The notes below the pieces were generated by a model, which searched no databases, was not told where the DNA came from, and worked only from the letters and a program-made list of their open reading frames with translations. From Pecten maximus (Eukaryota): DNA of 64,000 bases. Shown here piece by piece: positions 40,477 to 53,293 of this stretch (position 1 is the first letter of the stretch; every line of letters starts with the position of its first letter). The position numbers were made by a program, and so were the translations under genes. The DNA lies in assembly GCF_902652985.1 (NCBI RefSeq), contig NW_022979468.1, positions 1 through 64,000 of the forward strand. Reading direction: 5' to 3'.

Positions 40477-40867
40477 TGTGTCTACCTGCCCAAAGTGTAT
40501 TGATTTACATATGTAATTACCCGTTGACCTTCCTATGTGCCTATAATCAACTGGCCAGTCATTTTCCCTGTAAGATCATGTAATAGTGTGATGTAATATA
40601 GTTCAAAAGGTTAATGATTGTACGTGTCAGCAGAATTTTCCTGTTCACATGCATAAAAGGACCAGCTTGTACCCGTTAATTGGTCAGACTACCTAGGAGT
40701 CAGAGGAACATCTATATTCTGCCCTGGGCTTTTGCCCAAGGCAGGCCTGTATACTATGTATGTACTTATATGCTTTAACAGCAAACCACGAAAAACTTAT
40801 TAATTAAACTCATTAAATTTATAATGTATAATGTATTCTATGATCGTAATGCATTTGTCTTTGTAGA

Positions 40868-41065
40868 ATGATTGCCAATGAAGCTGCTTCTATTGTAGGA
40901 AGTATGAATTGTCCATATGCTGCTGCAGCAGGGAAAGCAGCATCAGGGAAAGCAGCATGCGTGGCGGCAAAAGGATCAGAATCGGCTGCAACTTCCCTTT
41001 TGGGACCTGTGTTGGTAGGAGGCGCTGTTTTGTTTGGATCCTACTACCTTGGAACCAAGTATTCT
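40868..41065 (+). CDS. Exon A of a small Gly/Ala-rich glycine-zipper membrane protein (MIANEAASIVGS...LLGPVLVGGAVLFGSYYLGTKYS)
   Basis: Acceptor TTTGTCTTTGTAG|A-ATG, 66 codons with elevated GC, and donor TCT|GTAAGC in phase 0. Confidence 0.72.
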
Positions 41066-41883
41066 GTAAGCTATGTTCACTTATCAAAAATGTCGAAATT
41101 TGAATACTCGCTTTCTTTGTTAAATTGATAACGAATAACTTTATAATCTAAACAGGCTGAGCCGCTGAGGGAACAGTTTACAAAATGGTATCGTGGAGAA
41201 AACCGGCATACTTTTCACGATTTGTTTTGAATGTAATAGTTCGTGGTGAGTGACACGATAGGTTAAAGGGACAATTTATTCAAGCAGGCTTTTTGTAAAG
41301 TTGAATCCACGTTTAAACGGCATTTTGTCTAATTCAAACCCCGAGTACTATCGAATTTTGTCGATAGAAAATATCTCCATTCATTTGTGAAATCCATGAA
41401 AAAAAATTGCGCTTCAGAATGACTGGATATGCCTCGTTTTCGCAACTTCTATTAGTCAACCCCCCATAAATCTTCATATAGATCTAAGTGCTGAAATCAC
41501 TGCATGCTTGTGAAGACATCTCGTCCGGGCAAGAAATACGTTGAAATATTATAGGAAATACGATTGGACGAATTCGCCTTCAAGGAAACTATTTGTTTCA
41601 AGATTTTTGTCAGGATAATGTTAGTCCCTTTACCAATTTTCCTATCTCCATGACTTTGTTGTACAACTAATGTGCTTTGTTCTTGCCCATTCAGCTCATC
41701 ATGTATTATTTGAGTATTTAGAACTTAATATCATATATATATGAGTATTATGTTCCTTCACAGTTACATTCTAGACGCTGTCGATCATTTTTGAAGAATG
41801 GCAATGACGTTACGTTGTGTATATCAGAAACATTCAATGTAGTATCTTCCCTACATTCTGGATTATATGTATTAGCGGGCTAT

Positions 41884-43722
41884 TTACTTCATCTGTGGCA
41901 TAAACTTGGTTTGTCGAAGTGGTTTTCGAGACTGACTATGGCCATAGACCCCAAGGTAGAAGAGAACACTGGCGATATGAGCACACATACCAACAGTCCT
42001 CTGACCGGTTGGACACGTACAGTAGTAATTCTGTATTGGTGGTTGCTCGGTAACTGAGTACTGGATCCATATGTTGTATTTCGTTTGCGATTAATGACGA
42101 GATCGGATTTGACATTGAATCAGGTCAGAAGAGTGTTGGTATGCCATGACTTCATAATCTCCATCTGTTTTCAAATGTTCCGATATGTATCCGGGGGCCA
42201 ACTTCACCTGGTACGTCCCACATGCCAGAGTTTCTAGATATTCTTGGTAAAGACGTGGGAACTGGAGCTGGGCTGCCTCTAGCTTCTACCATTGGGATTT
42301 GGCTTTCCGTGATAGGTCTGGCTCTTTCTCAACACGCTCTGCTAGGATGTTGGACTTGTTTAGAAGTGACTTCATCTTCAGACTGCATTTGTTGATGAAA
42401 GCTGATATATGGGTCCACGTAGCCAATTCAGACATGCCGTGACACTTTTCAGAAGACTTTCGAGATTTTTGATGTAGTAGGTTGATGTGAGTTCAGTTAA
42501 AAAATCTGAATTCCTTGAAACGAGAGTGATAACTTTCGACCACCAATCTTGTTTTAGTGATACACCCGTCTGTGTTTGCCTCTATACCATCATTGTCCAG
42601 GCTTGAGAAATGTCGGCATGTGAGTCTCGTATCTCTCGTCTGATAGTTTGCTCAAAATGTCTCGGAAACCCCTGTCTATGATTACCTGATCATCTTCCTC
42701 TGGGATACCTGACAGACTTTGTAATGAGGTAAGTATCTTGTCAGTGATTTTGGCGTCATTATCACAACCAAGAAATGGGCCGACGGTGTCTAGAACGTAA
42801 CCGTTAGGGAACACAATACTCATAAACTTCACGTAGTTGCGTTTTTTTACCGCAGTAACTTTTCCGCTGAAACTTCTTCACTTTTGCCGATATATATATA
42901 TGAACAATCAAATATTACAGTGACTTTGTTGCCGAAGAATGTTTTTGTAAAAACTGTATTGTGATCCAACGCTTGCGCCCTAGACACGTGATCCGGACCA
43001 AGATGTGTGGGACTACGGCTTGATTTAGAGCATCTGTAACGATCTGGAAAATTCTGCTGACGCTCGATTTGTGAATGCGGAAAAGAGAAGCCAACTGAGT
43101 GAAAGATGTGTCTGTTTTGAGTTTAACCCAAAACAGCAGAAGGGCATTCTTTGATGACAATGCTTTTGTACTAGTAATATGTTCGGAACATGCATCGTGT
43201 ATTTGATTGAATTGATTACAATCCAAGCCTTCCAAGCTTGGCAATCTTCATCATCCATGTTGTCGAAGGTTAATACAAGCGGTGACAAGTTATTGGACAT
43301 GTTCTGTATGATTTTGAGTAAATCGTTGATAACAGCTGGTGACTTGGTGGCTAAGTGATTAACAAGTTTATCCCTCCCTGTCACAACCGGCTCAATGTCA
43401 GGACTGATATCCTTACCAAGAAGATGGCTTGAACACACTCGGGAATTCCTGCGAAAAAGTGAAGTCATCACTTTTACTGTAGGTGTTCAAGACCTTAGCC
43501 TGTAATGATTCTTGCTATTGGTGGTTTTTGAGATCATGTTGAAATAGATATCAAACCTTCAAGTCAACGACAAGGATATGAGAATCATCGAGATAATAGT
43601 TTTCGGAAATTCAACGGATTAGAAGAACGAACAGTTTCAGACGACGTGGCAGGTCGTCTTTCAGCAAAAGTCTGTATGTGCAAATTACGACCTGGGCACA
43701 ACAGTATGGAGTATGGTGGCAT
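41884..43722 (-). pseudogene. Frameshifted DNA transposase: THAP-like N-terminus, HTH_Tnp_4, DDE_Tnp_4 (Harbinger/ISL2EU-type fold) and C-terminal SWIM finger
   Basis: Motifs in order across frameshifts: SRVCSSHL; LLLFWVKLKTDTSFTQLASLFRIHKSSVSRIF; IFDCSYIYIGKS; KFMSIVFPNGYVLDTVGPF..DNDAKI; IIDRGFRD; EAN..CITKTRLVVESYHSRFK; GTYQVKLAPGYI; YYCTCPTGQRTVGMCAHIASVLFYLG; stop at 41884. Confidence 0.92.
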
Positions 43723-44561
43723 ATTTCTGCCATCGTGTTAAGTGAGGTCGCATTACAGTGACATGACTTGTCGAGATACTTATCTTGACCAGTCGAGTTT
43801 TAACACGACTTGTCGAGATAAGGATGTTCACACATCGAGTAATAACACGAGTTGTCGAGATAACTATGTTGACAAGTCGAGTCATAACACGACTTGTCGA
43901 GATAAGCATAATGACACGTCTAGTTATAACACGACTTGTCGAGATAATCATGTTGACACGTCGAGATAATCATATTGACACGTCGAGTAATAATACAACT
44001 GATACAACCAGATCATTTATATAATATATTGGTTATAATGAAAATAAATAGTATTTATACCAAACAATAGTTTCATACATATTTAGTTTTTTTCATGTAA
44101 TACTGTAATATCTCGTTTTAAAATCGTGTAGACGTATACCTGTGTTCTTCTCCTTCCTCTCGGTTTCCATGTATGTGGTGTGGCTGTACATGTGTTTGTT
44201 GCCTGATGTATTAGTTAATATCGTAAAATTTCGAATAAAGATAGGAACAAAAGATCAAGAATAAAACCAATTAATCATTAATTTGAACTATCTTATGAAT
44301 ATTACACGATTAGTTCCTATATTTTGTACTTATTTGTCTGTTGGACTTGCTGTAATTGCACACCGATAGTACATGTATGAAGCGGAAAGTAAGTCCAGAA
44401 ATGTCCCATGAAGGCCTTGTGTAACTTTTCTCGCCAAAACTAACTTATCTAGATGACATATATGGGCAAAAGCGAAGTTTACGTGAAAAATTACTTTGCA
44501 GGTCATGATTCGTCACTCGTAACGCGACCTAGAATAACACGATGATAGAAATATGCCATCA
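43714..44561. repeat. ~50-bp imperfect inverted repeat pair (43714-43762 and 44512-44561)
   Basis: Reverse complement GTCACTGTAATGCGACCTCACTTAACACGATGGCAGAAATATGCCACCA vs GTCACTCGTAACGCGACCTAGAATAACACGATGATAGAAATATGCCATCA. Confidence 0.85.
43765..43996. repeat. 42-bp minisatellite, ~5.5 copies
   Basis: Unit GACTTGTCGAGATAAnnATGTTGACAnGTCGAGTnATAACAC. It explains the repetitive ORFs at 43685-44024. Confidence 0.92.
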
Positions 44562-45148
44562 CAAAACAGCTCCAAATTGATTGCTGATGGCAAAACATAA
44601 GATCATGCTACACAAGTAGATTATAATCCATTTGAGCTATATTGCATTTATGAAATATAGAATATATTTTAGATTGACGCTGATGGACTTTCACTGATAG
44701 TGAATATCCGTCCTTTGTCAATGACTTTCCGGATATGTACATGAACTCATGTAGCCTTGACATAACATACATTTCAATGCTACAGTGTATTTTAAACATA
44801 TCTTAAAAGTTCTGTGTGATGGGATACTGAAAGAATTACTCGTGCCTTTTAACTGTGTCGTTCTCGAGCGTTCTCGTGTGGAGGCAAGATGAAGCTAATG
44901 TTCCTAGCAGTTTTCATTCTCTTAGCCACGTGAAAACTCTTTAGACCTCTGCAATGACTCTGTGTATGCTGTGTCTAGTTTCACGACGTTATTTTTCATT
45001 TATTGTCATATTTCCTCTCGGACCTCTGGACAATTATACCGCATTATTATATCGACACCAAATGTACATGTATTAGGAGATATTTTTTGCGTTTTATTTG
45101 ATATAAATGATGTCGTAATCAGAGTTGCTTTAGATCATATAGAAATCA

Positions 45149-45343
45149 TTATGCATCTTTGGTCCTGTCACAGACAACAAAAATAATGTATAGATTGAAA
45201 ATGGCCCCCATATATGGCATATGGTGACATTTAATATCAATTCTAAACATATTACAAATTAGCAATACAAAATTAACATAGCATTACACAATAATTAAAA
45301 AACGTCCAAAAATAAACATCTATAAATGACAATGGTAGTTAAT
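45149..45343 (+). repeat. ~195-bp dispersed direct repeat, copy 1 (copy 2 is 53096-53293)
   Basis: GGTCCTGTCA..GACAACAAAAA..TAGATTGAAAATGG..CATATATGGCATATGGTGACATTTAATATCAATTCTAAACATATTAC...AATGACAATGGTAGT is shared at ~90%. Confidence 0.9.
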
Positions 45344-45491
45344 ACACATTCATATTCATTAATGTAATAACTATATACATATGTAAACTAGTGAGTTATA
45401 TGAAGCAAAATTAAGAAAAAAACAATAATTATTCGTTGAAATCCAGTCATTCTCTGTGCACGCCGTCTTTGATTAAAATTTTGTTTTCTAG

Positions 45492-45680
45492 AAATCATCT
45501 AAAATTGAACAAACTGCTATGACCGTCGGATGTACATTAGGAGCGGGCGCAGCTGGAGCCTATGTTGCTGCTAGATTGTTTTCTGCCACCGCTGCTCCTG
45601 TCTTAATTGGTGGTGCCATAGTCGGAGCTGTTGCTAGTAACCGGGCTCTTGCTATTGGAGACCTAGTTACCAAGTCAAAT
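45492..45680 (+). CDS. Exon B of the same gene (KSSKIEQTAMTVGCTLGAGAAGAYVAARLFSATAAPVLIGGAIVGAVASNRALAIGDLVTKSN)
   Basis: Acceptor TTTTGTTTTCTAG|, 63 codons, donor AAT|GTGAGT. It is phase 0-0, in frame with exon A and similar to it (PVLVGGAV vs PVLIGGAI; LGTKYS vs LVTKSN). Confidence 0.75.
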
Positions 45681-46161
45681 GTGAGTATTATAAAAGTATT
45701 TCATATTCACTCATCAATGTATGATATTATAATATCGTTTAGATAAAATCGGCCTCAAGAATTACAGGAGATACATTGACAACGGGGGAGGGGAGCTAAT
45801 TACATATTTAATCTTTAAATTCGAAATGAATATGTGAAATATACGTGCGTTGCGGCGAATATTATTCCTAAATGTCGAAGTATGTGAAAACATACCAACA
45901 GCATACTATTGCTAAAATAATTAATGAAATGAATATTTGTGATATATATTTGCGTTGAGGCGATTATTTTCCTAAATGTCAGACCTCGTAAAGACCACAT
46001 TACTATTATGCTTTGATGCACCAGGCGAACGGATATACAGGACCTGCTGTTTTCATTATTATAAAACAGTGCTTCAGACACCTATATTATTAGGTTGTCC
46101 CCTGAAAAGTACACCTGACGTCTCAAACATTTACTTTTTATTTTCTTCATTCTTCATGCAG

Positions 46162-46179
46162 AAAATAGAGACAGCGATG
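46162..46179 (+). CDS. Candidate 18-nt micro-exon (KIETAM)
   Basis: Strong polypyrimidine acceptor TTTTCTTCATTCTTCATGCAG| in phase 0. The peptide echoes KIEQTAM of exon B. The donor GTTAGA is weak. Confidence 0.3.
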
Positions 46180-46532
46180 GTTAGAATACTTAACATTTAC
46201 ATATATTTATGTAGGTTTATTTGGTGTTGTGTTGTGCCAAATACCAGAAGTATTTCATTAACAGCAATATCTGATACAATATTGAAAAGTTTACAGATCA
46301 TTTGATAGTGTTATTTGGATGATAGAGTGATAATAGCGAGCTGTAAACATTTTTTTCAGAAACATATTACATTATACATTCGACTTCTCAAAAATCCCCG
46401 AATCAGTTCTATTCCAATTTTGCAGTAAAATGTTATGGTCATGGGGTAGGGTTAACTTTAAGAATAAAGTCTAACCCACTTAATTAAGTGAATTAAATGA
46501 AATACATTCTCCATTGATAATGTCTATTGTAG

Positions 46533-46553
46533 GAGTTTCAGGTTCTCAGTTAA
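46533..46553 (+). CDS. Candidate terminal exon (EFQVLS*)
   Basis: TGTCTATTGTAG| acceptor, in-frame TAA, and AATAAA at 46622-46627. Confidence 0.25.
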   Translation, partial: EFQVLS

Positions 46554-49067
46554 AATTGTAAATTTGAATACCTTCCTCCTTCACATTCGCCTCTGTGAGT
46601 GTACTATAATTAATATTGTAAAATAAACTTTCTTTTTTGTATTATGTTCTTTTTGGATTGGAAATAATTTTGTTGGAAATTTGAAGTCTTGCTCAACTCT
46701 GAACTATATCTGACATTTACAAGGACTGAAATTAAAATGTTTTATTAGGTGATTGATATCATTATAATCACAGGCATGAGGCATAAATTTCCAAAATTAC
46801 GCTTTAGACATATTGCCATGAACGAACCTGGTATCGTTTATGTCAATGTTCGCATTATATACATGATATTAAACCATTCTTAACATTCGTTTATTCAAGT
46901 ATAGGATTTGTACAAATTCTATAATTTTTAAAATGGTTTGTGTTTGCGGAATATATCAGCTATTCTTACAGAATATTAAGGTCCTCTTTCACTGTGTTTG
47001 GTGGCGATATAAGCCCTTAATTTTACAATATTCACCATTCCTTGTTATAGGCCTTTCTCTTTATGTATACTCTCTCTATATACACACATATCTCATATTG
47101 ATACACGAATGAATGCATGATGATAAATATGAACATATGATTTATTTTAGCTTAGCTTCAGTTTTAAGGTTGTTGTTTTTTTTGTTTTCTTTTGTTTGTT
47201 TGTTTTTGTTTTTTTTTGTAATGAGCAATTAATTAATGTAGATGGTAGGACTAATGAAAAAAAGTAGAGTCATGTATAATGCTGGTTTGTTTATCAGCGT
47301 CAAAACTTTTCCCCAAATATATGATGTCCGATTGATAGTGATAAAAATACCTGAAACGTATTTTCTGTGTTAAGTGAAATTCCTTCTTGGTGCCCCTTTT
47401 GTTTGCAAACTGTAAGTTAAAGCTGAGCTTGGTCGATTTCGATCATCAAAACAATCATTCAGCATTGGATCTGTGATACAGCTTACATTGTTTGCCACAT
47501 ATTTTGTTGAATCAAAATCGAAGGCTTATTTGTACGTGAAATAAGATTTACAGTGTAATTACTATGCTTCAATTCCATGGATTTATTTACAACAAACTTT
47601 GTTCACGCAAGAATACGCAATATTGCACTATTTTGGGATTATCACTATTTTTGGCGCCGGCTTAACTAAAACTTAAACTGACCATACTGGTCATTGGCTA
47701 CGTAGTAGATACATATCGACTATTATTAATTACCAACTATTTGTATGTATTTTGTTTTCAATTATGCCTGCATCACGAAAGCATGCTAAACTATACCTGT
47801 TACAGGTTACATTAAATTTTGCCCTTGAGCCAATTTAGTAATAACCGGGTGATTTTGTAGTACTATATGGGACAACCCATGGAATATATTTAAACAATTC
47901 AAAAGGTCTCAAGTGCCTGTTCTATGACCATTTTAATATCACCCTACATGGGAGTGCGACGGGTTCCATTTTTTGTCAAAATAACGCATAATAAACTTTT
48001 TTTGCTTCAAAAAGTTATCATTTTCTTTAGAGTGATATTAATTGCAAATCATAGATGCATTTATGTAAGAAAAAAATACCTATAAAAAAATACACAATCT
48101 TAAACCCCAATACGACTTAAATAATTAAACCAATTTTAAGCCATGCTCATTTTTTACGGAATTGGTACAACTACTTCTGGTTCTTGTGAAACCAAAATAT
48201 TTTGCAAATTGGACCATTATGTTTAATATATACTGAGAAAATTTTAGAAAAGTTGAAAGCCGGTAAAGTTGACATATATACAACAATCTGTGAGAGGTAC
48301 TTTTCAAAATAGTCTTTCCACTGGAAAGTACCTAGGCCAATCCGTCGAAATGACAACCGATTGAACTATTTATGTAAACAGTGTTGTTGAAATAGATGTA
48401 CATGATGTATATACATTATTCTTGTTGTAAAAATGTACATTTTGCTCGACCATATGTAAGACGAGTCGTTGACTCAATATGTTATAGGAATAAATAAAGC
48501 CTATTATTAGACATGTAATGATGATAAGACGTAGTTCGCCTGGTATTTGTTCGCCCATGCCGAGGCGACAAAAGGAAGGTAATTCACGAAAACCTTATTT
48601 TTTACTATTTATCACTGCAGTAAAAATATAAGATGATTCAGTTTGATATGTTTATATATTGCACAGGCAAAAATGTAATACAAACTTTTATTTTTCAGGC
48701 TAATAATCAGGCAATAAAGGCTTTTGGGGTAAGTGAATAGTTAAATATTAGGTTTAAGCTACACATGTGTAAGAATATTTTATGCTGTTATATGTCCATC
48801 TAAAGAAATAACATAAATGACAATAACATCCACGCCAAGTCATATAATACTACATTACTAACAAAAATTGTTATTGTTCTATAATTCCAATATGAATGTA
48901 GACAAATTGAATCAAAGTACCGAAAGTACTGGAATGCAAAGACCTTGCATTCAACATAGTTGAAGATTAATAGCCTTTTGATTGTAACCAACTATTACAT
49001 TACTATAATGTAAGGGTGAGCAATTTTACAGATTGTCAAGTTTAAATGTGGTTTATGCCTCTTAAGA

Positions 49068-49188
49068 ACATAAAACAAAAACAACCAAACAAACCAAAAA
49101 CAAAAACAAAAAACAAAAAACAAAATACAAAAAAAAGAAACAAATAAAAAAAACAAAAAAACCAATAAAAACACACACACAAACAACA
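49068..49188. repeat. A-rich low-complexity tract (CAAAAA-type)
   Basis: Seen directly. It explains the F/V-rich ORF 48995-49186. Confidence 0.9.
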
Positions 49189-51934
49189 GAGACTGAAATC
49201 AAACGGTGTTATTAAGTTTCCATTCCAGACTAAACATTAAATTCTCTAAAATTCCCTTATTTTGAAAAAATCCCAAAAACCTCCATGGAAGCACTCTGTA
49301 TACAATATAGGCATACGTAAATATTCATGCATTGGAAAACAAATACCGAATATAGCAAAATTCTAAATTCTCAAAATTACTCTAAATATGACAGTTTTAC
49401 CTCCATAATCACTTTTTCTGAAAAGTGAGAGGAAGATGCATCCGATTTATTATAGAATTCATTCCAATATGGCTATAAACTAGTTTGTAAACAAATTGGA
49501 GAAGCAATACAAAATTCATTTCAATGTCACAAAAGTTTTTAATCCAAAAATACAGCAAAAAAATAATGATAATAAGATCAATGTTGTGTGTGTTAACATG
49601 TCTATAGTGCAATGCAACTATATCCCAGGCTTGGTTGAAGTAACATGAATAAACATGAATGAATGAAGTGTGGTAAGGGACGATAACCCGTTATCGTTCC
49701 TTCCGGAACGTAATGATAACAGGAGCTAATTCGCCTATTTTGCCGGATAAAATAGCGATTTGGAAGCCGAAAAAATGTCTCACAGGATTTGGATGATTTC
49801 TTGCATCATTGTAAAACTCGGCACGATCTACGTCTGAGTGTATCTGGTATCCCAGTGCAAATAGTTTTTTGAGAGATATTTCGGGTCAAACATGCAAAAA
49901 TCGTCATTTTGACCAAAAGACTTTGTTTAAATCGCCCTCAAAATTCGGAAAAAATAATCCAGTATTACATTTTACTGTCAGCACCACATTGCAGGTTATA
50001 GCTGTTCTACTATGACCAAATGTGTTGCTTGACAGGATCAGAATTCATCGTCAACCCAGACAAGCTTCAGGTAACCTTCTGTAAATGGCATACGTGTTCA
50101 TTAACGTTTTAGAGACAGGCGACGCTTAAATATGTAATATTTATTTTCTTTATTGCTTGTTTGTTTTTATGAAATTACTGTTTCGTTAGTTGATGCATGT
50201 AGATGTTTTGATATCTTTATGAGCTGATGTTTGTTTATGTCGAGTTGCAACGTTTCGAGAATCATATCACGGATATTACATACATATTTCTAGCTTACGA
50301 TGACACGAACTTTTAGGGACTTTGATCTACTGTAGATGTACTTCAGTACACACTAACAGTATATTGAACAACTGGTTTTCAACAATAGATTTTTTTCTCA
50401 ACTTTTAATGAAATATTTATAATCAAATGCTCTACATTTTGAAATGCAAAAGCTTTAAGTTTAAAAGTCTCTGACTTGCGCTTTATTTAAATGGTTCTTA
50501 GGACAGGGTCAAATTATATCATATTTTGCATTAATATATAAATGAAGAAAATTTACATTTATTGTTGCCTCAAATACCATACAACATATTTAAACCTTAC
50601 ACCTTCACGCACCGAAGAAAAATATATATGCAAGAAAGATGTTCTGACAAATATATGCTAAAATATTGTCAATGATGATGTCGCAGTAAATTAAATTCAG
50701 TGACTTTGGGTTCAGAAAGATGTCATGTATTTTTCTATCACATCAAATTAAATTAATTTCAACTTATTACAAAAAATATATGATGGGAAATTATATGACA
50801 AAGTCAAAAAGTTACCAGGTTTTAAGCTATCACAATTTTGCAAAGCTATATTCTTTGCAATTTTATGAATTAGTAAATTTTCAAATATCTGTGAGTCACT
50901 TTATTAAAAATTCCATATCGACATATTTCAAACTTTTGCTTACATGTGCCAAAGGAAAAAACATTATGTCAATTAATTAATTTGTCACATTAAGTTAAAT
51001 TAACTATGTTAGGAAGTGGAACCATGTCGTATTTTTCTTGTAAAAGTTTTTGAACAATTATGCATTCATTGTGTCGCACTAAGTTAAATCCATTTATTTT
51101 AGGGTAGCGAGCCATGTACAAATATGTGTAGTTGATTTTTCTTTTTTTTATCTTTTGAATTTGAACTTATTTCAACTTATTGCTATTAAAGGTATTATAG
51201 AAAAATAGTTGACAAATGCAAACATTGACCAGGATCTAATGGTAACAGTTCTACAAATTAGTCTTCTTTGAGATGTCATCTGCATACAGTTTAAATACAG
51301 AAGCACAGGAACAAGGCGAATATTTACATCTATTTAGATTTAATATATGTAAGAGTATGCGATGCCACTTAATTTTCGGAAACCTGCCAAACTGATGTAC
51401 ACTGAAACCTAACAAGATATCGAGAAAAATGATTTGAAAAGAATAACATGATTAATATTTCGTATACTTGGTTAAGCTTTATTTACAAAAATTACCGCTG
51501 AAATTCACTTAAAACATTTTAAAAACTTGCTAATTTCCTTATGAAGTAATTATTAAATGATTTTTCATTTTAATGTTTTTGTAGATATTTCTTTCTATTC
51601 TTGATCGATCAATAATTGATCATAGATAGTTTAAGAAATTGTGACTATCGATCATGAATTTTATAGTGATTAGAAACACTTATTATAAGAAGTTGAACAT
51701 GTTTCAAATTAGAAAAAAATTGTAATACCTAGACATCTCCAATTTTCTCGACATTGACTACTGACACAGACACTGATATTGACTTTGAATTCTATGGGTG
51801 ATGTCTCGTAATGTGAATTATTCCCCTTTTCCTTCAAGATTAAAAATATTGGGGGTGGGGGGGGGGGGGGGGTGTAAATTCCTTAAAATCCGGAAGATTT
51901 ACAAGTGAACGAGTGATTCCCCATTTTTCGATGA

Positions 51935-52790
51935 AATTGGTCCAAAAGATATTGTTCGATTGCAATGAAATTTGGTATGTAGGTACATCATAAGAAACCG
52001 GCCCCTCTCGCAACATTATTTCACATTTTAACAAAATGGTCACCATTTCCTGGCCTCTGAGTGGTCTGCATTTAGGTGTTGTCTGACTTTGATGAAATTT
52101 GGTATGTAAGCACATGTATGGACAGTGGTCGCTCCTGTAACCTCAAATTCACATTTAAAGAAAAAGGCCGCCATAAACTGGCTCAAATTCACATTTAAAG
52201 AAAAAGGCCGCCATAAACTGGCCTCTGATTGGTCCCAATTTAGATATTGTCGGATTTGATGAAAATTGATAAGGATACAGGTACCAAATGGGACACTCTT
52301 CACTCTTTGTCACCTCACTAACTTTTTTTAACAAAATGACTGCCATTTACTGACCTCTGATTGGTCCAATTTTAAATATTGTCCGATTTTAATAAAATTT
52401 AGTAGGTAGGTACATCATACATGTAGGACACTGGTCACTCTCGTTACGTGACTTTCGTATTTATCGAGATGACCTCCATTTCCAGGCCCCTGATTGGTCC
52501 AATTTAAGATATTGTCCGATTTTGATGAAATGATTTGTAGGTACATCATGGGACACAGGTTACTCTTGTAACCTTACTTCCACATTTAAACGATATGGCC
52601 GCTAATTTTTGGCCTCTGATTCGTCGAAATTAAGATATTGTTCGATTTCTATTAAATTTCGTATGTACATTTAGGTATTTTAGGCGACTGCAAATTCAAC
52701 TTTAAGGATTTTGTTTCATTGGGACCGAAACAGAGTCTTCTTATTGGTCGGAATTGAGATATTGAGTGGTTTTGATGAAAAACCACTCTG
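51935..52790. repeat. Diverged ~125-135-bp tandem repeats (~6 copies), probably the central array of a Helentron/HINE-type element; includes a perfect 40-bp tandem duplication at 52142-52221
   Basis: GGCCTCTGATTGGTCC...GATATTGTCCGATTTTGATGAAATTTGGTATGTAGGTACATCA recurs near 52052, 52220, 52352, 52486 and 52611. Confidence 0.8.
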
Positions 52791-53095
52791 AATCAGAGTT
52801 ATCGCCCCTCACTACACTTCATTCTTTCTGTGACACGCCTTCAGGGGTCACCCCACTTGAACTTTGTGCGAAACTAAATTAAACACAAAACTTCAAAAGT
52901 CCCGATTTGGTCGAGATGTCCACTGTGTGATCTATCTATATACCAAGTTTAGTTAAAGTTTGGCTTACAAAATAAAACTTTAAAGTGAAATGTTGATGAC
53001 GCCATCCCGTCGAAAAAGTAACAGCATTTGTAACTTGAAACGAGATAAAATATGACAACATCTAATTTCCGCAAATTACAATAATAAAGCCTTAT

Positions 53096-53293
53096 TTATG
53101 TATCTTCGGTCCTGTCAAGACAACAAAAAGAATGCATAGATTGAAAATGGACACCATATATGGCATATGGTGACATTTAATATCAATTCTAAACATATTA
53201 CTGTACAAATTAACAATACAAAATTAACATAGCATAACACAATAATTAAAAAACGTCCAAAAATAAACATCTCAAAATGACAATGGTAGTCAA
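53096..53293 (+). repeat. ~195-bp dispersed direct repeat, copy 2
   Basis: Matches 45149-45343. Confidence 0.9.

Noticed and set aside
41791-42057. + strand 88-aa ORF
   Set aside because: It is the antisense shadow of the transposase SWIM region.
43685-44024. Three overlapping repetitive ORFs, and a possible CRISPR-like array
   Set aside because: These are products of a 42-bp minisatellite. There are no unique spacers and no cas genes, and the context is eukaryotic.
48995-49186. Hydrophobic Phe-rich ORF
   Set aside because: It is a translation of a low-complexity A/T tract.
51250-51835. Possible minus-strand exons (EKGNNSHYETSPIEF..., DDISKKTNL*)
   Set aside because: Splice sites are weak, there is no recognisable homology, and the upstream context is repeat-derived.
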